From the human T2T-CHM13v2.0 reference genome, Homo sapiens: a DNA stretch of 64,000 nucleotides. The notes below the pieces were generated by a model. That model had not been told where the DNA came from. It saw nothing but the letters and a program-made list of their open reading frames with translations, and did not search any database. Below, piece after piece: positions 1 to 17,705 of the stretch (positions are counted from its first letter, which is position 1; each line of letters starts with the position of its first letter). A program made the position numbers and the translations under genes. The stretch is taken from NCBI RefSeq assembly GCF_009914755.1, contig NC_060928.1; one strand, given 5' to 3'.

Positions 1-74
1 CTCCTGCTACTGTATGACCTGCTTGTTGGCTAGATTTGTTTGGTCAGAATAGGTACTGCCCTCAAAAGTGAGGG

Positions 75-565
75 GGTAGGCATAATAATGGTCCCTTCAT
101 AGATCTCCGCATCTGAATCCCTGGAACCTGTTAATATGTTATGTTACATGCAAAGGGGAATTAAGATTGCAGACAGAATGAAGGTTGCTGATCAGTTGAC
201 AGATTATCCTGGATTATCCAGGTAGATTCAATGTATCCACAAGATTCCTTAAAAGTGGAAGGGAGAGGCCAAAAATGAGAGTCAGAAAGAGATATGACGC
301 TGAAAGCAGGGTCAGAGAGTTGCTGTGTTGCTGGCTTTGGAGTCAGAGAAGGGGAGCCACGAGTCAAGGGATGCAGGTGACCTCTGCAATTGAAAAGGCA
401 AAGAAACAGATTTTCTCCTATGGCCTCCAGAAAGGAATGCTGCCCTGTTCACACCTCAATTTTAGCAGAGAGAGCCCCATGTGAAACTTCTGAACTACAG
501 AATTGTAGTTGTTTTAAACCACTAAGTTTGTGGTAATTTGTTGCGGCAGTAATAGGAAACTGAAT
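75..565 (+). mobile_element. MaLR solo LTR, MLT1D-like
   Basis: Recognisable MLT1 motifs: 'ccctggaacctgttaatatgttatgttacatg', 'gattatcctggattatccaggt', 3' end 'ttttaaaccactaagtttgtggtaatttgttgcggcagtaataggaaactga'. Confidence 0.75.
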
Positions 566-852
566 TCCTTCCTTCCTTCTACTCTCTCAAAAAGTAAGGG
601 CTCCTCAATGCCGGGCACTGTATTAGGTGCTAGGGCATTATGCTAGATGCAAGAAACAGCAGTGAAGGAACTAACAGAAGGAAACAGAGCAGAGAAAAAA
701 AGAATTAATGCCACCCTTAATTCCACAGTTTAGCAATCTATCGGAATAGCTGCAGCCTCTCTGCCTCTTGCTTTACTGTAAGAAGAGAGTTCTCTACATA
801 GCTCACATTTCTTTACATCTTTTGAGAAGAAGCACCTGACTGCCTTTGTTCA

Positions 853-1386
<534 letters not shown>

Positions 1387-1408
1387 CTAGAAATGTTAAC
1401 TAAGCTAT

Positions 1409-1785
1409 TGTATTAGTCTATTCTCATGCTGCTAATAAAAACATACCTGAGACTGGATAATTTATAAAGGAAAGAGGTTTAATTGACTCACAGTTCAGCA
1501 TGGCTGGGGAGGCCTCAGGAAATTTGCAATCATGGCAGAAGGCCAAGGGAAAGCAAGGCACCTTCTTTACAAGGCAGCAGGAAGGAGAAATCCAAGCAGG
1601 GGAAATGGCAGACACTTATAAAACCATCACATCTGTGAGACTCACTCATTATTATGAGAGCAACATGGGGGAACCTCCCCCATGATTCAATTACCTCCAC
1701 CAGGTTCTGCCCTTGACATGTGGGTATTATGGGGATTATAATTCAAGGTGAAATTTGGGTGGGGACACAGGGCCAAATCATATCA
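1409..1785 (-). mobile_element. THE1 (THE1C/D-like) MaLR solo LTR
   Basis: Begins tgtattagtc and ends gggtggggacacagggccaaatcatatca (reverse complement of the THE1 start TGATATGGTTTGGC). Confidence 0.85.
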
Positions 1786-2819
1786 GAAAGTTGAGGAATT
1801 ATCTGGTTTTTGGAGTTTGCTCTGAAAATACTTTCTGGTTGGAAAACCAAGTAGAATGCAAGTTTATATATTGTGATTATATTTCTATTTAATATTTCTT
1901 CAGAGCTAAAATATTGGCATTGAAATGGTGGGATCAAAACTGAAGAAGTAGGTGCTTTACAACAGCAAGAAAAATACCTAACTAAAATACTTGGGTAAAA
2001 CTTTTGAAATGTCATACTGAAATTATGACTTCTCATGTATTTGATAAATTACTTTTAAACAAAGTAATTCCTGAAGCACTGAAAGAAGCAATGCCTTTGG
2101 TGTTTGACTATGTTTATTTATCTACTTTCAGATGTAAAATCTGTAAGTTTTCAGAGAAATAATCATTGAAATATATCAACTAATAAACATCTACTAAATA
2201 AAGCAGGAAAGAATTTTAGAGTGCTTTTTGTTTCTTTACATTGATTCCACAAGTGTGATCTTCATCTGATTTCCTTTTAAGTGTTCCTACATCAGTAAGT
2301 GAAATAAAATAGTTCAGAACATTTACTCGTTTATTTAAACAAAAGATTTGCAAATATAAAATTAAGCTTAAAAGGCATTTTTCCTTATTTATCCAGGAAA
2401 TTTATGCATTCTTAAAATTTTCCCGATGATCATCATAGGAGACAAAAGAAATAAAAAATCACATGAAGTTCTACCATCCCAAGATAAACACTATTATATT
2501 TTGCACATTTCCTTCTAGTTTTTTGGGATCATATACTTTATATGGCATCATATAGCAAAATACAATACACAGCCTGATTTTTCACTATAAAAGTAGTATA
2601 TTCTATTGTACAAAATTTAGAAAAATTGTAACATAGATAAAAATTATTAAAATACATAATTGGGTTAATAACTTAAATCAAATTTACTATCAACTCTGAA
2701 AAGTTCGGTGGGTGGGTTCCAAGATGGCTGAATAGGAACAGCTCCAGTCTACAGCTCCCAACATGAGTGATGCATAAGACGGGTGATTTCTGCATTTCCA
2801 ACTGAGGTACCGGGTTCAT

Positions 2820-3161
2820 CTAACTGGGGCTTGTCAGACAGTGGGTGCAGGACAGTGGGTGCAGCGAACCAAGCATGAGCCGAAGCAGGGTGAGGCATCG
2901 CCTCACCCGGGAAGCACAAGGGGTCAGGGAATTCCCTTTCCTAGCCAAGCAAAGCTGTGACAGAAGGCACATGGAAAATTGGGTCACTCCCACCCTAATA
3001 CTGCGCTTTTCCAATGGTCTTAGCAAACGGCACACCAAGAGATTATATCCCGTGCCTGGCTCAGAGGGTCCCACGCCCACCGAGCCTTGCTCATTGCTAG
3101 CACAGCAGTCTGAGCTCGAACTGCAAGGTGGCAGCGAGGCTGGGGGAGGGGTGACCACCAT
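2820..3161 (-). CDS. L1 antisense ORF0 homolog (113 aa, open)
   Basis: MVVTPPPASLPPCSSSSDCCASNEQGSVGVGPSEPG... aligns with recalled L1HS ORF0 (MAGAPPPASLPPCSLISDCCASNQRDSVGVGPSEPG...). True ATG in gcaATGg context; expression not shown. Confidence 0.6.
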   Translation of the reverse strand: MVVTPPPASLPPCSSSSDCCASNEQGSVGVGPSEPGTGYNLLVCRLLRPLEKRSIRVGVTQFSMCLLSQLCLARKGNSLTPCASRVRRCLTLLRLMLGSLHPLSCTHCLTSPS

Positions 3162-3730
3162 TGCTGAGGCTTGAGTAGGTAAACAAAGCAGCTGGGAAGC
3201 TCAAACTGGGTGGAGCCCACCACAGCTCAAGGAGGCCTGCCTGCCTCTGTAGACTCCACCTCTGAGGGCAGGGCATAGCCAAACAAAAGGGAGCAGAAAC
3301 CTCTGCAGACTTAAATGTCTCTGTCAGACAGCTCTGAAGAGAGTAGTGGTTCTCCCAGCACAGAGTTTGAGATCTGAGAACAGACAGACTGCCTCCTTAA
3401 GTGGGTCCCTGACCCGCGAGTAGCCTAACTGGGAGGCACCCCCAGTAGGGGCAGACTGACACCTCACACAGCTGGGTAGCCCTCTGAGACAAAACTTCCA
3501 GAGGAGCAATCAGGAAGCAACATTTGCTGTTCAGCAATATTCACTGTTCTGCAGCCTCTGCTGCTGATACCCAGGCAAACGAGGTCTGGAGTGGCCAGCA
3601 AACTCTAACAGACCTACAGCTGACGATCCTGACTGTTAGAAAGAAAACAGCAAACAGAAAGGACATCCACACCAAAACCCCATCTGTACGTCACCATCAT
3701 CAAAGACCAAAGGTAGATAAAACCACAAAG

Positions 3731-4746
3731 ATGGGGAAAAGACAGAAAAGAGAAACTTAAAATTTTAAAAACCAGAGTGCCTCTCCTCCTCCAAAGGAAT
3801 GCAGCTCCTCACCAGCAATGGAACAAAGCTGGATGGAGAATGACTTTGATGAGCTGAGAGAAGAAGGCTTCAGACTATCAAACTTCTCCAAGCTAAAGGA
3901 GGAGTTCGAACCCGTCGCAAAGAAGTTAAAAACCTTGAAAAAAGATTAGATGAATGGCTAACTAGAATAACCAATGCAGAGAAGTCCTTAAAGGACCTGA
4001 TGGAGCTGAAAACCATGGCACGAGAACTATGTGATGAATGCATAAGCTTCAGTAGCTGATTCGATCAACTGGAAGAAAGGGTATCAGTGACTGAAGATCA
4101 AATGAATGAAATGAAGTGAGAAGAGAAGTTTAGAGAAAAAAGAATAAAAAGAAACGAACAAAGCCTCCAAGAAATATAGAACTATGTGAAAAGACCAAAT
4201 CTACGTCTGATTGGTGTACCTGAAAGTGACAGGGAGAATGGAATCAAGTTGGAAAACACTCTGCAGGATATTATCCAGGAGAACTTCCCCAACCTAGCAA
4301 GGCAGGCCAACATTCAAATTCAGGAAATAAAGAGAACGCCACAAAGATACTCCTCGAGAAGAGCAACTCCAAGACACATAATTGTCAGATTCCCCAAAGT
4401 TGAAATGAAGGAAAAAATGTTAAGGGCAGCCAGAGAGAAAGGTTGGGTTACCCACAAAGGGAAGCCATCAGACTAACAGCTGATCTCTCGGCAGAAACTC
4501 TACAAGCCAGAAGAGAGTGGGGGGCCAATATTCAACATTCTTAAAGAAAAGAATTTTCAACCCAGAATTTCATATCCAGCCAAACTAAGCTTCATAAGTC
4601 AAGGAGAAATAAAATCCTTTACAGACAAGCAAATGCTGAGAGATTTTGTCACCACCAGGCCTGCCCTAAAAGAGCTCCTGAAGGAAGCACTAAACATGGA
4701 AAGGAACAATTGGTACCAGCCACTGCAAAAACATGCCAAATTGTAA
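3731..4746 (+). pseudogene. L1 ORF1p remnant (stops and frameshifts)
   Basis: ATG GGG AAA at 3731, early TAA at 3758-3760, fragment KRPNLRLIGVPE...RRATPRHIIVRF (4186-4476), terminal 'catgccaaattgtaa'. Confidence 0.93.
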
Positions 4747-4809
4747 AGACCGTTGATGCTAGGAAGAAACTGCATCAACTAACGAGCAAAATAACCAGCT
4801 AACAAGATA

Positions 4810-8638
<3,829 letters not shown>

Positions 8639-11435
8639 ACAATGAGAACACATGGACACAGGAAGGGGAACATCACACACTGGGGACTGTCGTGGGGTGG
8701 GGGGAGGGGGGAGGGATAGCATTAGGAGATATACCTAATGCTAAATGACGAGTTAATGGGTGCAGCACGCCAACATGGCACATGTATACATATGTAATAA
8801 ACCTGCACGTTGTGCGCATGTACCCTAAAACTTAAAGTATAATAATAATAAAATTTTAAAAATAGCTATGCAGTGATTTGTGGTATATTGCTTGCATAAC
8901 AATGAATAATAGGGAACATTTTACTGATAAATAAAAGGTTTTGTCAGTGAGTACATGCAATGAAATAATACCAGAAGAAAAAAACCTGATACTTTTTAAA
9001 CTACTGCCTGACAGATTACATGAAACTAAATAAAAAACAAGCTTTTGTCAGGTTATTTGTGTTTTCCAGATTTACAGAGCCATTCTCTTTGAATATTAAA
9101 TAACCATGGTTTTAAATTTCTACTCCTCTCCTAGACTGATTGCTGGAGGCAAATTAATTTCAGATTAATTTCCAACACTTCTGAGGGAGGAAAATACCTA
9201 AAGCAAGAATTTGTATTAATCACGTATCCATCTGTCTTCTACATAAGGCCATTCAAATCCTCCCAGAATCTGTTTTAAAACCAGTGCTTCCTTTTGTTGA
9301 GAACATTACTTAAATATTCCTCCCCAAATTAGGACACACATGCATTATCTGTGAGTCATACCGCTCTCAAATACACAGATTTCAGATTCCATCGTCATTA
9401 TGAGTCCATACAATGCCCCTGTTTTATTTCATTATTCTTTCCCCTTTGTCCTATTCATTCTCATATACATCATCTTTCCCATCAGAGATATACACATTAA
9501 TATATCCAATATGTTTCCTTAGGCATCTGAAAATACAGCCCTGAGATACAACATATGGTTGTTTTCTGTGTATATGTGTATTTTGAATATATAAAAATTG
9601 TTTTGTTCTATAGAATTAATTCCATATTTCCAAGATCCATCTACATTCCTACATATAAAAATGGTTAACTACTTCTTCCTGTATTTTATCCCATTGTGTG
9701 TACATGCTATGTATTCTGAGTAGCCATTTCCCTAGGGATGGACATGAAGCTGCCTCTAACTTCTTGCTAACACTAATAATGATAGGATACCACACTCCAA
9801 AATATCCCCTTAAGGATTTGTACACAATATAAACCCAGGTGAGGGAATGATAAGTATACAAATTATATGAATAATTAATTTCACTAGGTATTGTGAGTTA
9901 CACTCCCATCAATAGTGCATGAGTTTTCTGATTTCTTGACATCCTAGCCAGCACTTAGTATTAGCTGACTTTGTAATTTTTAGCGATTCTTTGTTGACTT
10001 AATTTGAATTTCTCTGATTACAAGTGAAGTTGAACATCTCTTCATATACATTTTGGCTATTTAGAATTCCCTTCCCATGAATTGTCTATTTTAGTCCTTG
10101 TTCAATTTTTGAGTTTCCTTGTAGATTTTAGTAGTTCCTTATATGGTCTAAATGTTAATCACTTTTTAGTGTTACACTTTAAAAATATCTCCTGCTAATG
10201 TGTCTGCAACCAGCCTGTTAAGTTTGTCTATCATATCTTCTTTGTATAGAAATATTCAGTTTTAACATGATCACATCCATCAATTTCCACCACACACCCT
10301 TAAGGTTTGTACTTTTTGGGTCTTGTTTAAAAATCCTTTCCCATCCCAAGTTCACAAAGAAAGCTTCATGTATTTCACTCACTTCATAGTGTTGCCTTTC
10401 ATAGTTAGGTTTATTTTTTTCCTATGTGTTGAGCCACATACTAAATAATGTGTCTTTCCTCTATGAGTTATGATGCTAATTTCTACTATATTCCTCATTC
10501 TCATATATAACATAGGCTTGTTTACTGGTTTCCTATTCTGTTATATCATTTTTTTTGTCCATTCCTATACTGGTATCATACTATTTTTATTGCTATGGTT
10601 TTATATGTCTTAATATATTCAACTAGACAAGTTCCCTCTCTTTGCTCTTCTTTTTAAAAAATTCATCTTATTTATTTGTGGTCTATTATTATTCTATGCA
10701 CATTTTATAAGCTAATTAATTGCCTAGTTCTTCACAAAATCCTCATGAAATTTTCATTAAAATTGCATTGAATTTATAGATTTAGGGAGAATGATATTTT
10801 TACAGTATTCATTTGTCCCACTCATGAATGTGGTACTTTTTCCTTTTTACCTAGATCTTGTTTTATGTCCTTTAATAGAGCTTGAAAAACTCTGTTTTAA
10901 AGGATGGGTTCATTCATTAGTTTATATCCTATATACTTTGTAGTTTTTATTGCTGTTGTGAATGAAATTGCATTTTATACTAATTTCCAGTTGGTCACTG
11001 CTGATACGGAAGAATGTTACTGATTTTTATATGGAATTTAAATGAATTAATATACATAAAATATTTATAAAATGTCTTATATATGAATTAAGTAAATACT
11101 ATATGTGTTCACTATTGTTTTGTTGTCTATCATAAATCTTGCATCTCCACAGCCCTTCTGAGCTCTCATATTAGTTCTAATAGTTTGTCTATCGATTCAA
11201 TTGGGTCCTCTAGTATAAGATCTAATAATCTGCAAACTGTGAAAGGGTTGGGTCGTCCATTCTATCCAATCCTTATATTTCCCATTTTTTCGGAAGGAAA
11301 AAATACTGTGTTGACTGAGAACCCCTCACCATATTCAATGGAAGCCATGCAAGACTCTTTCTTGTCCCTAAAGATGATATGTCACAATTTTTTTTCCTAA
11401 GTTTGCTAATAGATATTTATTAAAAGCTTTTGTTA

Positions 11436-11747
<312 letters not shown>

Positions 11748-12319
11748 TCAAATTAAAAAATTATCTTTAATTCATAGTTTTTTCTAACACTTTAAAATAT
11801 CTCATAATTAGATGTTAAACATTATCAAATGGTCTTTCTCCATATGTTGAGTCATTTCCCCCCCTTTAGTCTACTAATGTGATAAATTATATTAATATCT
11901 TTTCTGGTGACGAACCTCCTTACATTTCTGGAATAAAATTTACATTGCCATATTTTATTAAAACATGGTTGAAATAAGCTAATATTTATTTAGAATTTCA
12001 CATTTTTGCTCAAAAGTGAGCTAATAACTCACTTACGGCTAACAAGTAGCTAATAACTTTCTTTTCTTGTACTGTCCTAATCCAGTGGTTGTCTGAAGAT
12101 TATAATTAACTTCTTAAAATGAGTTGAGAGTCGAAGACTTAAAATGAGTTGTGCAGCTGTCCTTCACTTTCTTTTTTCTGGAACACTTTGTATAAACTAG
12201 ACTTAGCTCTTCTGGGAAAGTTTTGAAGAACCCATCTTTAAAACAATCTGATCCTGTAGATTATTTTTTCAATCTTGTTCCAACTGCTTTATAACATATA
12301 GAGACTGAAAGTAAAATCT

Positions 12320-13040
12320 ACATGTTTTAGATTCTCTAGCAGTTAGGATTCTGAATGTAATTTAGGTTCTGTTAATAATATTCACTTGTGGGAGATTTTG
12401 ATTCAAGATGGAATTATGTGGAAACAGGGTACAGTACATTTGGTTTTATAGTATAGATTGTGGCAGTGGCAGTGTGATACTAAAACCAGTACTGCTGGTG
12501 GCAAATTCCTGATCATAATAGTGGCTGCAGTTCTCTTAGTTGTTCAGTCCTGCTGGGTTTTGGAGATCATTCTTGGAAACTAAGTCAGAGTCTGTTACTT
12601 AAGTCTTTCTAGTACTTCTGTGATATATATACATTTCCTTTTAAAATTTATTTATTTGTTTATTTTCTTTTGAGACAGAGTCTCACTCTGTCGCCCAGGA
12701 GTGCAGTGGCACTGATCACAGCTCACTGCCACCTCCGCTCCACGGGCTCAAGCCATCCTCCCACATCAGTCCCCGAGCAGCTGGGCTACAGGCGCACACG
12801 AGCACACCTGCCTAACGTTTTGTGTGCATTTTTTGTAGAGGTGGGGTTTTGCCATGTTGCCCAGGTGGGTTTCAAACTCTTGAGCTCAAATGATCTGCTC
12901 TCTTAGGCCTCCCAAAACGCTGGAATTATAGGTATGAGCCACCATGCTGGGCCTCATACATTTCTTAATAAAGTATTTTCAGATTATAATAGCTAGAGTG
13001 GATTTGCTTAACTAGAATAAAGAACTTTGACCATAACAAA
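12320..13040 (+). mobile_element. Old ERVL LTR (LTR33-like) interrupted by AluJ
   Basis: 'ctagcagttaggattctgaatgtaatttaggttctg' and 3' 'ttaataaa...gctagagtggatt...aagaactttgaccataaca'. Confidence 0.45.
12640..12953 (-). mobile_element. AluJ
   Basis: Antisense Alu with J diagnostics (gggctcaag, atcacagctcactg); TSD atacatttc. Confidence 0.9.
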
Positions 13041-13285
13041 CATTACCTGCACCAGAGGCCTGATGGATGATTAGAAATCAATTTCATAGCTAACAGGCAA
13101 TTCAAGTTTTCTACTTTCCAGGCAAATTATTCCTGGAAATTTGTTTCTTTTTTCATTGAAGTTTTTCAATATTATTGCTATATAGTTCATTATTATTTCT
13201 GAAATCACTACTATTTCTATAGGTGATTCTCTTTTGGGGGTTGAATTTTAATTTCTTAGTCTCTTATATTCTTTGTATTAATCAG

Positions 13286-13287
<2 letters not shown>

Positions 13288-13335
<48 letters not shown>
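13288..13335. repeat. (GA)n microsatellite
   Basis: Direct observation. Confidence 0.9.
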
Positions 13336-13535
13336 TTTTTTTGCTTTATGTAGGCCCCAAGCTGATTGGATGGTGCCTGTCCACATTGAGGGCAGAACTT
13401 TCTTGCTTGGTCCCTGACTCACATGCCAGTATCCTCTGGAAACATCTGAGAGGAGACACACCAGAGGTAACACTTTACCAGTATTCTAAGTATTCCTTAA
13501 TCCAGTCAAGCTGACACCTAAAATTAACCATCACA
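13336..13535 (-). mobile_element. MLT2 (ERVL) LTR fragment
   Basis: Ends 'aatccagtcaagctgacacctaaaattaaccatcaca', the reverse complement of the MLT2 start. Confidence 0.8.
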
Positions 13536-13887
13536 ATTTGTTTGATCAACTTTGTCAGATACGTGTACATTTAAAAAATCTCTTCAAAGAAATAGGGTTT
13601 TGATTGTTAAATTATCTCTACTAATTTTTTCTTTACCATTTTATTGATTTTCTCTTACTTGTATAATCTTGTCTCATCTTGTTTCTATATATTTATTCCT
13701 TTGTTTCCTTTTCTAGCTCTTTGAGCTTTATATTTGCTTTATTTTTCTCAATCTTTCTTGTTTTTTGATAAATGTATTCATTCAGCCTAAAGAATTTTTT
13801 AATTTCCCCCTTTTAATCCAAGGGATGTTAATTACTTTCAATTCCTAGAGTTATGAGATTTTAAAAAATCCATCTTTTTAGTGTTTA

Positions 13888-14186
<299 letters not shown>

Positions 14187-14717
14187 TAGTGTTTATTCTT
14201 AATTAAATCCTATAATGATGAAATAACATAATCTCCATTTCATGAATTCTTTGAAATATATGAAGTTTCCTTTATGACTTCATTCATGGTGATTTTTGTG
14301 GCTGTTCCATATGTGTTTTGAAAAATATGTATTCTCTGTTAAGATTCTATATCTTCCTTTATTAATTTTAGTTTATTAATCAGATCATGTTATATAGTTT
14401 TGATTATATTTTTTGGTAGGCTTATTCCTTCAGTATTTAAGAGGGGTGGGTTAAAATCATTAACTTTAATTGACTTGTTGGATTCTTCCCATAGTTTTGT
14501 CCGCTGCCTCCTCTTATCACTCAGCAGTGGTATACTAAAGGATGGCATAATCTCTATTAGTCTCTTCAAGCCATTCCCAACATGTTATTCTTTGATATGG
14601 ATTTTTTTTCAATCTTAATATAAAAAATTTATTGCTATGTTTCAGATTTCACAAAGCAACTAGGCTTTAAGACATTACTACATGTGAAATTTCCATGTAG
14701 TATTAAAAAGAAACCAG

Positions 14718-15020
<303 letters not shown>

Positions 15021-15159
15021 AAAAGAAACCAGGCACTCTCTAGACAAGCATTACTGAGCTGAGTAAGACCTCTTCTCTTATTCTAAAAACAGCAGCCCAA
15101 GATGCCATTAACTACCCTTTTGCACATCTTCCTTTTGATGATATAAGCATATTAGCAAC

Positions 15160-15651
15160 AAACAATTATCTGAAATGAATATCAAAGTTTTAAAGGCATA
15201 AATCCCTTTCCAAATATATACTCTGTTTGCGACCAAATTTTCTTCATAATATTTCTACCAAAACATGAATAAATGCAAAATGCGAAACAACATGAATAAA
15301 TGCACAGCAGAATGAATGCAGAAAAAGATGTATGAATCCAGCCACCTTTTATTAAGCTAGACATTAAACAGGTTTGAAAAAATGTAAAACAATGTTACTC
15401 TTCTTAAAAAAAAGCTATCTTTGGAAAATATAGTTTTTTAAATAAAATATACTGCTTATAACGTAATAGAATATTTACTTATTTTTAAATAAATTAGTAA
15501 GTATCTCAGTTTTTATCTTAATGATAGTTTTAATTTCTAATATGGTAAATAATGATTGATATAATCCACATAAACATAAATTAAGCTCTTTGAGGTCCTC
15601 AGTTTTTAAGAGGGTAAAGGTATCCTTGACCCAAATGTTTGAGAATCACTG
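15160..15651 (+). mobile_element. hAT-Charlie DNA transposon fragment (Charlie1-like 3' end)
   Basis: 'gaatgaatgcagaaaaagatgtatgaatccagc...attaagctagacattaaa' and terminal 'tttgagaatcactg'. Confidence 0.7.
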
Positions 15652-16177
15652 AATTATTTCATTTCCTTTGAATTGCAATTGAGGAATCTCTGATACAGTG
15701 TGGTTAGATGACTCGATTCAAGTCAGAAAGCTAGTTCATTTTGATGACTTCAGAATTTTAAAAACCTATTTTATATTTGTAAACAAAAATTTTAATTTTA
15801 TAAATTAAATTAAATGATTGATTTTGCTGAATTCTATTGCAGTATTATGGCTACTTATAGTAAAGTAATTATAAGGCTCTTTTGACATTTTAAAATCTTT
15901 GAAAAAACTCTACATAATGCATCCTATCAAACTATATTTATTGCAAGTCCCAGTTTCTTTGAGAAAGATGGATAGTATCCATTCAGAATCAGAACTATAT
16001 CTTGGATAAGTTAGCAATCCTTTCTCCAGCTCTATTGCTTTGTTGAGTTCCACAGGGTCTTAAGTAAATGAATGCTAATATCAGAAGGTTTTTTTATTTC
16101 AAAATAAGGAATGTGTCTGCAATGCTCTATTTATATAATACATAAAACCATAAATTTTATAACTTTATAAGCTTATA

Positions 16178-16283
16178 AGGCATATTTCCCGGATTTTCTA
16201 CTAAAGTTTTGAGGCTATCCTGAGATATTTAGGCATATTTCCCCGATTTTCTACTGAAGTTTTGAGGCTATCCTGAGATATTT
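16178..16283. repeat. Two-copy 53-bp tandem duplication
   Basis: aggcatatttccc(g/c)gattttctact(a/g)aagttttgaggctatcctgagatattt at 16178 and 16231, 2 mismatches. Confidence 0.92.
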
Positions 16284-17412
16284 AAGTGTCATATTCTAAA
16301 AACACAATTTAAAATGATTTGAGACAATTCTTCAGCCTAAATTCCAAGTTTGTCTTTAGATGTAACTGCAACACAATCCCCAAAATTAATTAGTCATATG
16401 CACTATAATCCCTCTAGTATCTCCAAGAATTTGGCATCCTTAGTGGCACAAAATTTTTGATGCCATCATGTAATGAGTGTGTTGCTCCACACCAATAGAC
16501 ACAAAAATCATACAGTACTTGCAATAAATAGAAACTGTTTTACATAGCATCTTGGTGAGGTAAGCTTGTATTAAATCCCTTTAACAAAACAAGAAACTAA
16601 GCTGTAGAGACCTGTTCAGGCTTGCCTAGGGTAAGTCATAGAATTACTGCTGAAGCTGAGGATACAAATTTACATAGTTTTTGGAGTTTGTGACTACACA
16701 ATAATGGTATCCTCTTGCAGTTAGAATCAAGATATACTTGAGATATATTTTACTCTACATTATATTTGTGTACCTCAGGTAACATGAGTAAAGGACATGA
16801 CTTAGCATGAGTTAATTTATTCAGAAACTAGAATTCTCTTACCTTTTTTCCTCTAATTAATTAGCGTGATTACAAATAGTTTCTTTTGAGGACATGTTTA
16901 ATCTACCAGTAGCTGAATACTCAAAAGGAAATTTGCTTTTTGAAAAAGAAGTGTTCAATATTTAATAAATATTAACTGAGTGACCGCCATGTGCTTGGAG
17001 TTTGAGATGTAGGGCTGAACATGACAGGCAAGGTCACTGCTCGATAGCTGTAGCCTCCTGGAAGCACCGGTTTGACTTTTCTAGAAGCGAGGTTCCTGGA
17101 TAAAGATGAATTTTTAAAAGCTGGAATGAATGAGCAGCAATAGCAGAAGGAGAAAAGTGAGTGAGGGCTCTCCAAGAAGCCATCTGGCAGGCTAAGGGTT
17201 CTGAGAGAAGCTCTGGTTTCAGAAGCAACTCAGGAATTACTTCTGTCATATTAGGATGGGATGGTAGGAGATTGGGAACTCTAGGGACTAGAAGTCATTT
17301 AATTTCCTGTCTACAATCCTTAGAAGAGGTTTTGAGACTTGCAACCTAGGACCTTAACTAATCATCTTCCCTCAGCATTGATAGAATTCTTTATTATACA
17401 TGTTAATATCAG

Positions 17413-17705
17413 ATTAGTCAGGATGGGCTAGATTATGCTGTGTTAACAGCCATTCTCTAAATCTCTGTGGCTCAACAGGGAGCTCTGCCTGTCATGGTCA
17501 CTTGGGACCCAGGCTTTGGGTATAAGGCTACAGCACATGGAAAACGTATGACTGTCTCTCAGATTCTTAAAGTTTCTGCTGGAAGTGACATGTCATTCTG
17601 CTCACAGTTCATTGGCTAAATGAGTCACGTGGCTGTCTCTAACTTCAAGGATGGTATGAAATTCCAATCCTACCATGTTTCTAGAAGGAGAACCAGCCCT
17701 AATCA
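17413..17705 (-). mobile_element. Old MLT1 (K/L-like) LTR fragment
   Basis: 'ttagtcaggatgggctagattatgctg', 'ctgctcacagttcattggctaaatgagtcacgtggc'. Confidence 0.55.

Noticed and set aside
16178-16283. Direct repeats as a CRISPR-like array
   Set aside because: Only two abutting copies with no spacers, in eukaryotic DNA
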